Assembly: GCA_963665095.1 (NCBI GenBank)
Contig: OY762069.1
Coordinates: forward strand, 4,448,001 to 4,512,000
DNA: 64,000 nt
Origin: an uncultured Desulfobacter sp.
GTDB lineage: Bacteria > Desulfobacterota > Desulfobacteria > Desulfobacterales > Desulfobacteraceae
Direction of reading: 5' to 3'
Shown: positions 8,840-17,470 of the stretch, one piece after another
How positions within the stretch are numbered: the stretch's first letter is position 1
Layout: each line of letters begins with the position of its first letter
Notes under the pieces: generated by a model
The model's input: the letters and a program-made list of their open reading frames with translations, nothing else
Databases searched by the model: none
What the model was told of the DNA's origin: nothing
Program-made: the position numbers and the translations under genes

Positions 8840-10903
8840 TTACAGTTTTGAAATCTTAATCGCCAGGTTTTCTTCCTGATCAGATCTCTCTTCAGCCTGA
8901 ATGGATTTCTTCTCTTCGCTGATTGATATCTGATTAAAAATACCCCCTAAACGAGTTCCGGAACTGACGGTTCCTTTGATCTGAATCAGCGGCAATCCAT
9001 CATCCTGCCTGCCCGCCTCTATATAGGCAAACAGTTGTCTCTCAAGCAGAAAAATCTCTTTTTTTGCTTTTTCCGTGGACAAAACAATTTTACTATCTAA
9101 CGCCTTGATAGCGATATCCTGTTCTTTTTTCGTGTCATTTAACGCTTTTAAATGGCCAAGAGAGCTATTCATTCGTTTATCATATGCCGTGATAAGCTTT
9201 TGGGTTTTTGCCAGGATGGCTTTGTCCGGTAAATCTTTGTTCTTTTCAAACTCAGATGACAATCGGTTTTTTTTTGCTTTTGCATTATCGTGAAACTTTT
9301 TTAGCTCTATCATTTTTTGAAAAATTTTTTCGGCTTTAAATTCAAGGTCCTGCCTGTCATTTTTCAAAGATTCTATACCAGCCATAATTCCATCTATTTC
9401 ATCAAGAATAGCACCGGCCAGCCCCACGACATGATGCGCACCCCCGGCCAAAATTGAGCAGGATGCCGTTCTTTGGCTTCCAGCCCCTGCCAGAACAACC
9501 CCTTTTTTAGCATAGATCTCTGATGAAATAACTCGGCATCTCGGGCAGTCCAGCTTCCCACTACACTTAATTTGGGAATCAATTATCTCATTTTCAATAT
9601 ATACACTACCAAAGGCCTCTATTCTGCTGTTATGAACATAGCGGGCATGCACATCTCCTTGAACACGAATCGTTGCGTCGGTAATTCCAACTTCAGAAAA
9701 GAGATCACCAATGGCCTCAAGTCTCCCCCCCCGAATTTCGTTGGCTTTTACAGACCCTGCCATAATTGGGTAAGCCCCGGTAATGGTGCCGGATACACTT
9801 AGGTTTGCATAAGGCTCAACCGGACCATACCGAAAGTCTGCATCCTCAAGCACATTTATTACAGGATGGATATAAACTTTTCTGTCAACGGACACAGACG
9901 GCACCCCGGTTTTTTTTGCCTTTATTTTCAAGCCGTCTTTTGAAAACCGCGTGTTACCACCGCATTGAACAATAAAATCATAAACAGATGCGGAATATAC
10001 AGCCTGGCCATATACATTTTCCGCCCGGACACCCAGCCCAGTATTTGTCTGCTCTGTAAGAATCTGACCTTTTCGTATTTCTGCAGGCTTAGCTTCAGCC
10101 CCATCAATGTACGAAATATATCCGTTAAGCTTTTGCAATTTATCTGAACAATCAACACAGGCAATTGGAAATTTTGAATAGCCTGCCTCCAGAAAACATT
10201 GAATGATTGAATCCGGATATACACCGTTAACCAAACCAAGCGCGCTGATAAGATCTTTTACCTGTATGAATGAATTTTCTTCCTTTTCTGTATTTCCTAC
10301 ATCTATCCAGGCACACATTTTATCAGGGCTTACCGATATACTTAGCTTTTCAGTTTTTTCGCCTGCTGTCTCGTCTTTTTGCAGCCCTTGCCTTTCCGTA
10401 GAAAAGCTGCCATTTGGCTTTTTTATATCAGAGGTATCACTCTTTTCTCCAGGCCGTTTATCTTTGCAGATTTCACGTGATCGTCGGGCAATAAAGGCTT
10501 GTTCATCAAGAACAGCCCCCTTCTGCTTTAAGGTTATGACATGTGTCTCAACAAGAATATCACCGATCAACTTCCGGTTTCGTGATTTTTTGAACGCCCT
10601 TTTCTGAATCTTTAATGCGTGAGTGATATCGTCTGCATTTGCAAAGCCCTTTTCAACGGCTCTTTTACCAAACGCTTCACCACTTTGGCGGATAATATGA
10701 TAGTCCTGGATTAATTTCAGTAGCTCAATCTGATATCTGGTTACTATCTTTTCATCCAGCAACAACTCTTCATAGGTTGTTTGACTATTCTCTTTATTTT
10801 TTGAATGAATAAGATCTACAAGGTACGCATGCTGATCTTGAGTAATTGTGCCATACTCGAGGGCAAGATCAGCCAATGAGGGAATGTTTTCAAAATGATC
10901 CAC
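8840..10903 (-). CDS. FapA/DUF342 family protein with N-terminal MshEN-like repeats
   Basis: ENVYGQ, beta-helix-like V/I-x-G-x-V repeats and a coiled coil; N-terminal LIGDILVETHVIT-type repeats. Confidence 0.7.
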   Translation of the reverse strand: MDHFENIPSLADLALEYGTITQDQHAYLVDLIHSKNKENSQTTYEELLLDEKIVTRYQIELLKLIQDYHIIRQSGEAFGKRAVEKGFANADDITHALKIQKRAFKKSRNRKLIGDILVETHVITLKQKGAVLDEQAFIARRSREICKDKRPGEKSDTSDIKKPNGSFSTERQGLQKDETAGEKTEKLSISVSPDKMCAWIDVGNTEKEENSFIQVKDLISALGLVNGVYPDSIIQCFLEAGYSKFPIACVDCSDKLQKLNGYISYIDGAEAKPAEIRKGQILTEQTNTGLGVRAENVYGQAVYSASVYDFIVQCGGNTRFSKDGLKIKAKKTGVPSVSVDRKVYIHPVINVLEDADFRYGPVEPYANLSVSGTITGAYPIMAGSVKANEIRGGRLEAIGDLFSEVGITDATIRVQGDVHARYVHNSRIEAFGSVYIENEIIDSQIKCSGKLDCPRCRVISSEIYAKKGVVLAGAGSQRTASCSILAGGAHHVVGLAGAILDEIDGIMAGIESLKNDRQDLEFKAEKIFQKMIELKKFHDNAKAKKNRLSSEFEKNKDLPDKAILAKTQKLITAYDKRMNSSLGHLKALNDTKKEQDIAIKALDSKIVLSTEKAKKEIFLLERQLFAYIEAGRQDDGLPLIQIKGTVSSGTRLGGIFNQISISEEKKSIQAEERSDQEENLAIKISKL

Positions 10904-10922
10904 GAATCCATTTCCATTGTAG

Positions 10923-11063
10923 ACCCCAGCGTTGTAGAAGTCATGAGGATTTTAGCTTGCGACATCAAGCTTGTAGCGAAAGTTTTCTTCCGCAAAAGCT
11001 TGGCGCCGAAGATGAAACTCTCATGGCTTCCCCGTAGAGTAAAATTTTATACAACGCTGGGGT
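10923..11063. repeat. 141-bp palindromic element with 14-bp perfect terminal inverted repeats (MITE/REP-like)
   Basis: ACCCCAGCGTTGTA ... TACAACGCTGGGGT, with nested AGTCATGAG/CTCATGGCT and AAGCTT/AAGCTT pairings. Confidence 0.6.
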
Positions 11064-11096
11064 AGATTTATAGGAACGCTTAAAGGTAAAGAATAC

Positions 11097-11609
11097 TTAT
11101 TTTTCTATACCCACCCGTGCCACGACGCCTTGACTGTAATAGTGTTTTATTTCCGTCATTTCGGTCACCAGATCAGCCCGGTCAACCAAAGAGGCCGGGG
11201 CGCCACGCCCCGTAAATACCAGCTCAACATGTTCAGGTTTAATATCTGCAAGATGCAAGAGTTCTTCCTCGGTCAACAGTCCACACATACTGGCCACATT
11301 GGCCTCTTCCGCAATAATAAGGTCATGTTTACCCGCCTCAAGAATACCACAAAGCCGGGAATACCCCTTTTTACAGGCTGCTTTTTCACTCTCAGACGGC
11401 TTTCCTTTAACAAACTTGCCTGCACCGTATTGTTCAACCGTTATATTTTGAAACTTTTCAAGGGCTGTGATTTCAGAATAATCCCCCTTTTTCATAAACT
11501 GCACGATAAAAACCTGAAGACCGGCACCTGCAGCCCGAACAGCCAACCCAAGACTTGCGGTAGTTTTGCCCTTTCCATTTCCCGTGTAAATTTGTATGTA
11601 CCCTTTCAT
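11097..11609 (-). CDS. cobO: Cob(I)yrinic acid a,c-diamide adenosyltransferase (CobO/BtuR/CobA)
   Basis: IQIYTGNGKGKTTA, VQFMK, ELVFTGRGAP, ADLVTEMTEIKHYY; RBS AAGGAG before MKGY. Confidence 0.95.
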   Translation of the reverse strand: MKGYIQIYTGNGKGKTTASLGLAVRAAGAGLQVFIVQFMKKGDYSEITALEKFQNITVEQYGAGKFVKGKPSESEKAACKKGYSRLCGILEAGKHDLIIAEEANVASMCGLLTEEELLHLADIKPEHVELVFTGRGAPASLVDRADLVTEMTEIKHYYSQGVVARVGIEK

Positions 11610-11765
11610 AACAGCGCTCCTTATCACCGCTTACCTGTTTAACTATTTTAAGCTTTATATACCTTAATACGCCTGTCTTTAACACCTGTTTCTGATTTTT
11701 CACTTAAACACCACAACCCTTACCCTCTTTAAAAAAATACTTTCCCGACGGCCATTACATCAAAA

Positions 11766-11781
11766 AGTTTCACGTGAAACT
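11766..11781. promoter_or_regulatory. parS-like site
   Basis: Perfect palindrome AGTTTCACGTGAAACT with the canonical GTTTCACGTGAAAC core. Confidence 0.7.
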
Positions 11782-11871
11782 GTTACGAGGGCATTTTGGT
11801 TCATAATCCAAAACGGATAATTTTATTTCCTCCAGAAAAAATCCAGGCATACCGGATAGGAAGGCAGCCCT

Positions 11872-11887
11872 TGTTCCATGTGAAACA
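11872..11887. promoter_or_regulatory. parS-like site
   Basis: TGTTCCATGTGAAACA, one mismatch to the consensus. Confidence 0.65.
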
Positions 11888-12043
11888 ATCTTCCTATTTT
11901 TATAAAACCCGGCGTATTCCAACGATTTTAACCCTGCTTAGAATAGCCTTCTATTGATCTTATAAAGACAAACAAAAAGGTCTTTTGCCTAAAGCCTGAT
12001 TATTTTATTGACAATGTAACAGGTTTTATATAAGGATATTCCA

Positions 12044-12192
12044 GCAAGTTAAGGGAATCCTGTGAAAATCAGGAGCGGTCCCGCCGCTGTAAATGGATAC
12101 GGCTGGTCTTGAATTACCACTGAAGGAGTTTTTAATCACCTTCGGGAAGGTAAGACCCGCCGGTGATGCCTAAGCCAGAAGACCTGACTTGT
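12044..12192 (+). ncRNA. Cobalamin riboswitch
   Basis: AAGGGAATCCTGTGAAAATCAGGAGCGGTCCCGCCGCTGTAA, CCACTG...CGGGAAGG, B12 box AAGCCAGAAGACCTG; closing CAAGT/ACTTG stem. Confidence 0.93.
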
Positions 12193-12250
12193 GATTTGCC
12201 TGTGACATCTCTGCGGAAGACGGGGATCCAGATCGTTAAAAATTTGGATT

Positions 12251-12290
12251 CATCCTTCTGTGTGACGTGCGCAGAAGGATGTTTTGTTTT
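12251..12290 (+). terminator. Terminator, probable expression platform of the riboswitch
   Basis: CATCCTTCTG...CAGAAGGATG followed by TTTTGTTTT. Confidence 0.75.
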
Positions 12291-12352
12291 CTACAAGAAC
12301 AGGTAATCAGCGCTGTATGCCAGGCAGCGTATGAGAACCGGGGGGCGGTTCA

Positions 12353-12392
12353 AAGGGGCACTGACGAGCCAGGTCAGTGCCCCTTATTTTTT
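12353..12392 (+). terminator. Second intrinsic terminator
   Basis: AAGGGGCACTGAC-GAGCCAG-GTCAGTGCCCCTT followed by ATTTTTT. Confidence 0.7.
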
Positions 12393-12440
12393 CAGCCATT
12401 ACTTAAATTCCACGAATACAGGAAATCCTGGCAGTATTCC

Positions 12441-12469
12441 TTGTCTTCATTTTAAAGACCCTGTAAAAT
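12441..12469 (+). promoter_or_regulatory. Probable sigma70 promoter of the DEAD-box helicase
   Basis: TTGTCT-N17-TAAAAT, 28 nt before the ATG. Confidence 0.45.
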
Positions 12470-12497
12470 TGACAAAAAATATCCGAATGGAAAAATT

Positions 12498-13739
12498 ATG
12501 AAATTTGAAACATACCATATTAATACAACCCTGAAAAAAAACCTTGCCGCCCAGGGCTTTCACAGGCCCACAGATATCCAGTACAAAGCGATCCCTTCTA
12601 TTTTAAATGGGGAGGATGTCCTGGCCATTGCCCAGACCGGCACAGGAAAAACAGTGGCGTTTGCAGTACCTGTTATCAATGCGCTCCAAAGCTTTAAAGG
12701 CCTTAAAAAATCAATGGGAATTCAATGCATTATCATGGTTCCCACCAGAGAATTAGCGGCCCAGATCAACGATGTGTTTATGGCCTTATGCCGCCACACA
12801 AAAATTAAACCATATGCTGTTTATGGGGGTGTGGAACAGGATGCGCAGATTCGGGCGGCACAAAAAGGGATTGATATCCTTATTGCCACGCCTGGCCGTA
12901 TGTTTGATCTGATCAGCCAGAAGGTGATTGATACCCGGCAGGTAAAAACCCTTATCCTTGATGAAGCAGACCAGATGCTTGCAAAGGGTTTTCTGGAAGA
13001 CATTCAATGCATTAAACGGTTATTAAAACAGCACCACCAGACCCTGTTCTTCTCTGCCACAATAAATAAAAATATTAAAAAGCTGGCATATTCTCTGGTT
13101 AGTTCATCTGCGGTACGGATACAGATATCACCAGATGATCCGGTGTCAAAAAATGTGTCTCACTATGTACTGGCTGTGGAAATGGATGATAAAAGATTTT
13201 TCCTGCGCAGATTTATACATGAACATCCTGACAGTAAAATACTGGTGTTTGTCAGGACTGCCGTACGGGCTGAAAGAGTTGCCAAAGCCCTGGAGAGAGC
13301 CAACCTTTATGGATTAACAATATACGGCCAAAAAGAGCAGGATCAGCGTTTGGAGGCATTGACTCAGTTTAAGTCAGGTAAAGAAAAAATATTGATTGCC
13401 ACAGATGTTTCTGCAAGGGGCGTTGATATCCCAAACGTGGATTATGTGATTAACTATGATCTTCCGGACAGGGAAGAAATCTATGTTCACAGGGTGGGCA
13501 GAACCGGTCGAGGGCGGTCAAAGGGAATAGCGGTCTCCTTTTGCAGTTCTGAAGAAAAAGAACTCTTAAATAATATCCAGACGTTTATAAACAAACCCAT
13601 TGAAACCATAAAAATGGACAAGCAGGATTATTCATTTACAACAGATGTACTTGACGCCGGACAGGACATCAGAAAGATGATCCAGGCAAACGAAGCCTGG
13701 GAAAAGAAAAAAAGAAAAAAAAGAGGCAAAAACCGCTGA
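12498..13739 (+). CDS. DEAD-box ATP-dependent RNA helicase (RhlE-like)
   Basis: Q motif, AQTGTGKT, PTRELA, TPGR, LDEAD, SAT, ARGVD, HRVGRTGR. Confidence 0.96.
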   Translation: MKFETYHINTTLKKNLAAQGFHRPTDIQYKAIPSILNGEDVLAIAQTGTGKTVAFAVPVINALQSFKGLKKSMGIQCIIMVPTRELAAQINDVFMALCRHTKIKPYAVYGGVEQDAQIRAAQKGIDILIATPGRMFDLISQKVIDTRQVKTLILDEADQMLAKGFLEDIQCIKRLLKQHHQTLFFSATINKNIKKLAYSLVSSSAVRIQISPDDPVSKNVSHYVLAVEMDDKRFFLRRFIHEHPDSKILVFVRTAVRAERVAKALERANLYGLTIYGQKEQDQRLEALTQFKSGKEKILIATDVSARGVDIPNVDYVINYDLPDREEIYVHRVGRTGRGRSKGIAVSFCSSEEKELLNNIQTFINKPIETIKMDKQDYSFTTDVLDAGQDIRKMIQANEAWEKKKRKKRGKNR

Positions 13740-13831
13740 TCTCCGTAGCCCCCCCCTTGGCACCTAAGTTCTTCAAAAATAATCTTTTGAAAGAACTTAT
13801 AGCCAATGACCAGCTATTTCACACACGATGT

Positions 13832-14380
13832 CTACACCCATAAATACATAAAACAGCTTATATATATAAGGGTAATTGAGGTGGCAAAGGCCATGCGAGC
13901 GCTTGACAGCCGGAAAACCATCTGGATGATTTTCACGTTTACAAAAAACGCATACAAAACAAGAACGCTTGCAAGAATCATAACGGGCAAAGAGGGGTGT
14001 CCGGCTTGAAAAAGCGCTAAAATGGGTGCTAAGGGCCAGAAAGAAACGGCAGCAGTGCCAATATAAAAATATGCTGACAGAAAATCAGCTTTCCCGCCCG
14101 CTCCTTTTAGAAAAACCCAGATAAAAAGACTGGCTCCGGCATGAACCAGAAAGGCAACCGGTATGCCGGCTATGATTATTTTGGCGATATTGGCGGAGCT
14201 TGAAAGGCCGAGATCTGCCATGATAAACCGGCTGAAAAAGGCTGCTGAAGATCCATAAATCAAGCCAAGCACCAGAACGTTCACGATACTGTATGCCTGA
14301 AGGGCTTTCAACGAGCTGTTTTTCTGTAAGAACGAAGGATTCAACCCCAGAACGTTTTTCATCGCCTTTAGATAATTCAT
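13832..14380 (-). CDS. Membrane protein (YIP1-like)
   Basis: 182 aa, about five hydrophobic helices; downstream of the symporter. Confidence 0.6.
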   Translation of the reverse strand: MNYLKAMKNVLGLNPSFLQKNSSLKALQAYSIVNVLVLGLIYGSSAAFFSRFIMADLGLSSSANIAKIIIAGIPVAFLVHAGASLFIWVFLKGAGGKADFLSAYFYIGTAAVSFWPLAPILALFQAGHPSLPVMILASVLVLYAFFVNVKIIQMVFRLSSARMAFATSITLIYISCFMYLWV

Positions 14381-14416
14381 TTTCTAAACCATGTCCTTTT
14401 TCATCTATAATGAAAT

Positions 14417-14442
14417 GGTGCCCGGGCCGTTTCCCGGGCACC
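14417..14442 (-). terminator. Hairpin after the symporter gene
   Basis: GGTGCCCGGG-CCGTTT-CCCGGGCACC. Confidence 0.55.
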
Positions 14443-14495
14443 GCCGGAAAATTTTTAAGTCAGGTCGTTATCCGGCTAAACCTTTAACTGTTTGA

Positions 14496-16133
14496 TTACG
14501 CCCAGGGAACAAGTCCCCAGAAGAAAATGGCAATGCAGACACCTGCCACAATAACAGGCACAGTAATCCCATTGTACCGGGTTTCTTCGTAATCCGTGCC
14601 CCAGCCGTGGATCCGGTCAATAACACGCTTATCGGCCAGCGTCGGGGCAAATGATTGAAGTGCCGATATCCGGTTAAATATTATAGACATAAGAATAAAC
14701 ATGGCAAAGCTTAAGGGAATGGTTACCATTCCGCCTGACATGCCAAGAGCGGCCACAAGCCCTTTGCCCACAACGATGGACGGAAGAACATGGGGTGAAA
14801 TAACGATGTATATCGCACCACAGATGGTGGAAGATATGATCAGAGCCAGTTTATTGGCTTCCTTCCACCAGACACCGAGCAGAATAGCCGGAGTCGCGGT
14901 GGTGGCCAGAAGGCCAAAGGCCCATAAGATACTGGTTACAAGGAACTTAGGTGGTTTGAAAGCCATCAGAATAGCCAGCAGCCCGCCCATGGCAAGTGCT
15001 GCATATCCCCATTTCATCTTCTTGGAAGAGTCCATATCCGGTGCAATAACACCCAGCAGATCAGAGCCCACAAGACCTGCAATGGCCATCAGGTTGCCGC
15101 CGATGGTGGAAAGACCTGCCGCCACAGCGCCGCCCATAACAAAGGCTGCCACAAGTGTCGGGTTATAAAATACATTCAAAATCAGAATGGTCTGATCCGC
15201 CTTTTCGATAACCCGCCCGGTGGTAGCGGTAAAAAAGTTGCCTGTAAAACCGACAACGTAAGTACCTGAAAATAAGAGCCCCAGGAAAAGAACAAACCAG
15301 ACAACGGCCCAGCGGGCGCTCTTAACAGATGAAGAGGTAAAAACCTTCATGGCCAGATGCGGCAACGCCACAGGTCCCAAGGTAAACGCAGGAATCAAGG
15401 CAAAGTACCATCTGTAATCATATTTCATATCAAAAAAGGTCGGGATAGCCTTAATCATTTCAGGAACCATATCCCCATAAGCCAGAGGCGGGAACCACCA
15501 ACCTGAAGACCCAAGCGCCTTCATGATAGCCCCCATGGGAACAACCATGGCAACGGTCATTACGACCATCTGAAACGCTGCGTTGTAAGTGGCCCCGTAC
15601 ATGCCGCCCACAGTGATAAACCCAACCGTTGCAAGACCTGCCACCACAATGGCTGTGTTGTAAGGTACGCCGAAAAGCAGCTCAAACGCCCGGCCAAGAC
15701 CAATCATCTGGCCAAGGGCATACATAATCATAATCAGGATCATCCAGCAGACAATTACCACCGTTGCCGGTTTTCCATACCTCTGACGGATAAATGTGGC
15801 AGGGGTGAATGCCTTCATCCGCCTAAGGCTTGTACCATACAGCAGGGTTAAAAGCGGTATGGATATGGCCCATTGAATCCATAGATAAACAAAAGGCACC
15901 TGAAGCTTTAAAATCAAGGCAATTACGCCCAGAAAAGTCGCCAGAGAGGCCCAAGTGGCCGCCATACCAAGACCGTTGGTTACAGGCCCGATAGAGAAAC
16001 CAGCCGCATAGAAATCCTCATCCGATGTGGTTTTTCTTGATGCGACATACCCCACGTAATAAAAAATGGCAAAAAGGATGCCCACAACCCCAAGGCCGAT
16101 CCAGACATTACTTAACGCATATTCAGCTGGCAT
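14496..16133 (-). CDS. Sodium:solute symporter (ActP/MctP-like monocarboxylate permease)
   Basis: DFYAAG...VTNGLGMAATWASLATFLG, ALPHLAMKVFT, AAGLST; about 14 TM helices. Confidence 0.9.
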   Translation of the reverse strand: MPAEYALSNVWIGLGVVGILFAIFYYVGYVASRKTTSDEDFYAAGFSIGPVTNGLGMAATWASLATFLGVIALILKLQVPFVYLWIQWAISIPLLTLLYGTSLRRMKAFTPATFIRQRYGKPATVVIVCWMILIMIMYALGQMIGLGRAFELLFGVPYNTAIVVAGLATVGFITVGGMYGATYNAAFQMVVMTVAMVVPMGAIMKALGSSGWWFPPLAYGDMVPEMIKAIPTFFDMKYDYRWYFALIPAFTLGPVALPHLAMKVFTSSSVKSARWAVVWFVLFLGLLFSGTYVVGFTGNFFTATTGRVIEKADQTILILNVFYNPTLVAAFVMGGAVAAGLSTIGGNLMAIAGLVGSDLLGVIAPDMDSSKKMKWGYAALAMGGLLAILMAFKPPKFLVTSILWAFGLLATTATPAILLGVWWKEANKLALIISSTICGAIYIVISPHVLPSIVVGKGLVAALGMSGGMVTIPLSFAMFILMSIIFNRISALQSFAPTLADKRVIDRIHGWGTDYEETRYNGITVPVIVAGVCIAIFFWGLVPWA

Positions 16134-16145
16134 AATGCCTCCTTA

Positions 16146-16436
16146 TTATTTTTCAGATTCATACTCTTTTTGGGTTTCAGGTGGAAGGGTCTGGACATAG
16201 GCTTCCAGCTCATCATCAAATTTGTTGCAGACAAGTGTCATTAAAAGACAGACAGCTGCCAGCCCGAACCAGCCCAGCAGAATGGGAACAATGTACTGAG
16301 TCGGGAACCCCCATAAGGTTCCTTGCTGAAGCACCGGGAATAACACAAAAATTGAGGCCGAATGCCCCATGAGGAGCAATAGAACAGAAAAGATAATAGT
16401 CAGACGAATCTCCTTTTTGTAGAGCTTTTCTTTCAT
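16146..16436 (-). CDS. Small two-TM accessory subunit of the symporter (DUF4212/DUF485-like)
   Basis: 96 aa, two TM helices with LWGFP, immediately upstream of the symporter; RBS GGAGGGAG. Confidence 0.75.
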   Translation of the reverse strand: MKEKLYKKEIRLTIIFSVLLLLMGHSASIFVLFPVLQQGTLWGFPTQYIVPILLGWFGLAAVCLLMTLVCNKFDDELEAYVQTLPPETQKEYESEK

Positions 16437-16706
16437 GATGAGAACTCCCTCCTTTTTATTACAATTTTTGTTAATGGGCCTTTGGTGTCCCATACAGTTT
16501 GCACACTTGATCGGTCTATCCCCGTTGTATTTATATAACTTTTAAACGGTTGTGCCGGAAAAGCATGCTGTCAAGAAAACCAAAAGCTTAGGTTATGCTA
16601 TTATAAAATGATTTATTAAAGGTGGGGTGGTTAGACAATCGGCTCAAATCCGATTTTAAATGTAGGGCTTTCTGTGGGGGATGGTTAGGAAATAGAACCA
16701 AAGGGT

Positions 16707-16726
16707 TGTAGGTTGACGAACCTACA
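16707..16726. promoter_or_regulatory. Inverted repeat TGTAGGTT-GACG-AACCTACA; possible response-regulator site
   Basis: Perfect 8-bp arms upstream of the symporter operon; an extra TGTAGG half-site at 16661. Confidence 0.35.
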
Positions 16727-17402
16727 GGACATCATTTGGCTGGGTTGATATCTGTCCGGTTTTTTCGAAATGGACCGCACAGCGAACCAGTTCATTGGCA
16801 TGCTTGATATTCAGCTTTTCCTTGATTCTTTCCCTGTAAGTGCCAATGGTTTTGATACTTAAAAAAAGGCGCTCTGCAATTTCTCTGGTTGAAAATCCCC
16901 TTCCAATGAGCCTGAACACCTGAAGCTCCCGGTCAGTTAAACGGTCAATGGGGCTTTTATCACGTGATTTTGGAGGGTTAGACATGGATAAAAGAATATG
17001 TTCCTTGACTTTATCATTGAGATAAATCTTTCCGGCAAGAAGATGGTGAATGGCTGAAACAACAGATTCCATGGCCTCCTGTTTCATGATATAGCCCCGG
17101 GCACCGGCAGAAAGCGCCCGTGGTGCATAAAGATATTCATCATGCATGGACAACACCAGCACCGGAATTCTTTCGTGGTGCTGCTGAACATATTTAACCA
17201 GATCAAGGCCGTCCGATTGTTTTAAAGAAAGATCCGCAATAATCAAATCAGGCGCTGTACGATTTAATTCGTCAATGGCCTGATCGACATTTTTAGCACT
17301 GCCAAAGGCGGTCAAATCACTTTCCTGATTGATTAACTCCGTGAGGCCCAGCCGAAAGATGGGGTGGTCCTCCACAAGCATAATTTTCTTTTTTCCAGGC
17401 AT
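16722..17402 (-). CDS. NarL/LuxR-family response regulator
   Basis: LVEDHPIFR, DLSL, LTDRELQVF...SIKTIGTYRERIKEKL. Confidence 0.93.
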   Translation of the reverse strand: MPGKKKIMLVEDHPIFRLGLTELINQESDLTAFGSAKNVDQAIDELNRTAPDLIIADLSLKQSDGLDLVKYVQQHHERIPVLVLSMHDEYLYAPRALSAGARGYIMKQEAMESVVSAIHHLLAGKIYLNDKVKEHILLSMSNPPKSRDKSPIDRLTDRELQVFRLIGRGFSTREIAERLFLSIKTIGTYRERIKEKLNIKHANELVRCAVHFEKTGQISTQPNDVL

Positions 17403-17470
17403 ATGCCATCCAATTTGAATGTCTGATGTGACTGTTTTATACCACCTTCCACGCATGAATGCCAGGCCTT

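Noticed and set aside
12267..12455. 62-aa ORF as the target of the cobalamin riboswitch
   Set aside because: Its GTG start lies inside the terminator hairpin, there is no RBS, and it crosses a second terminator
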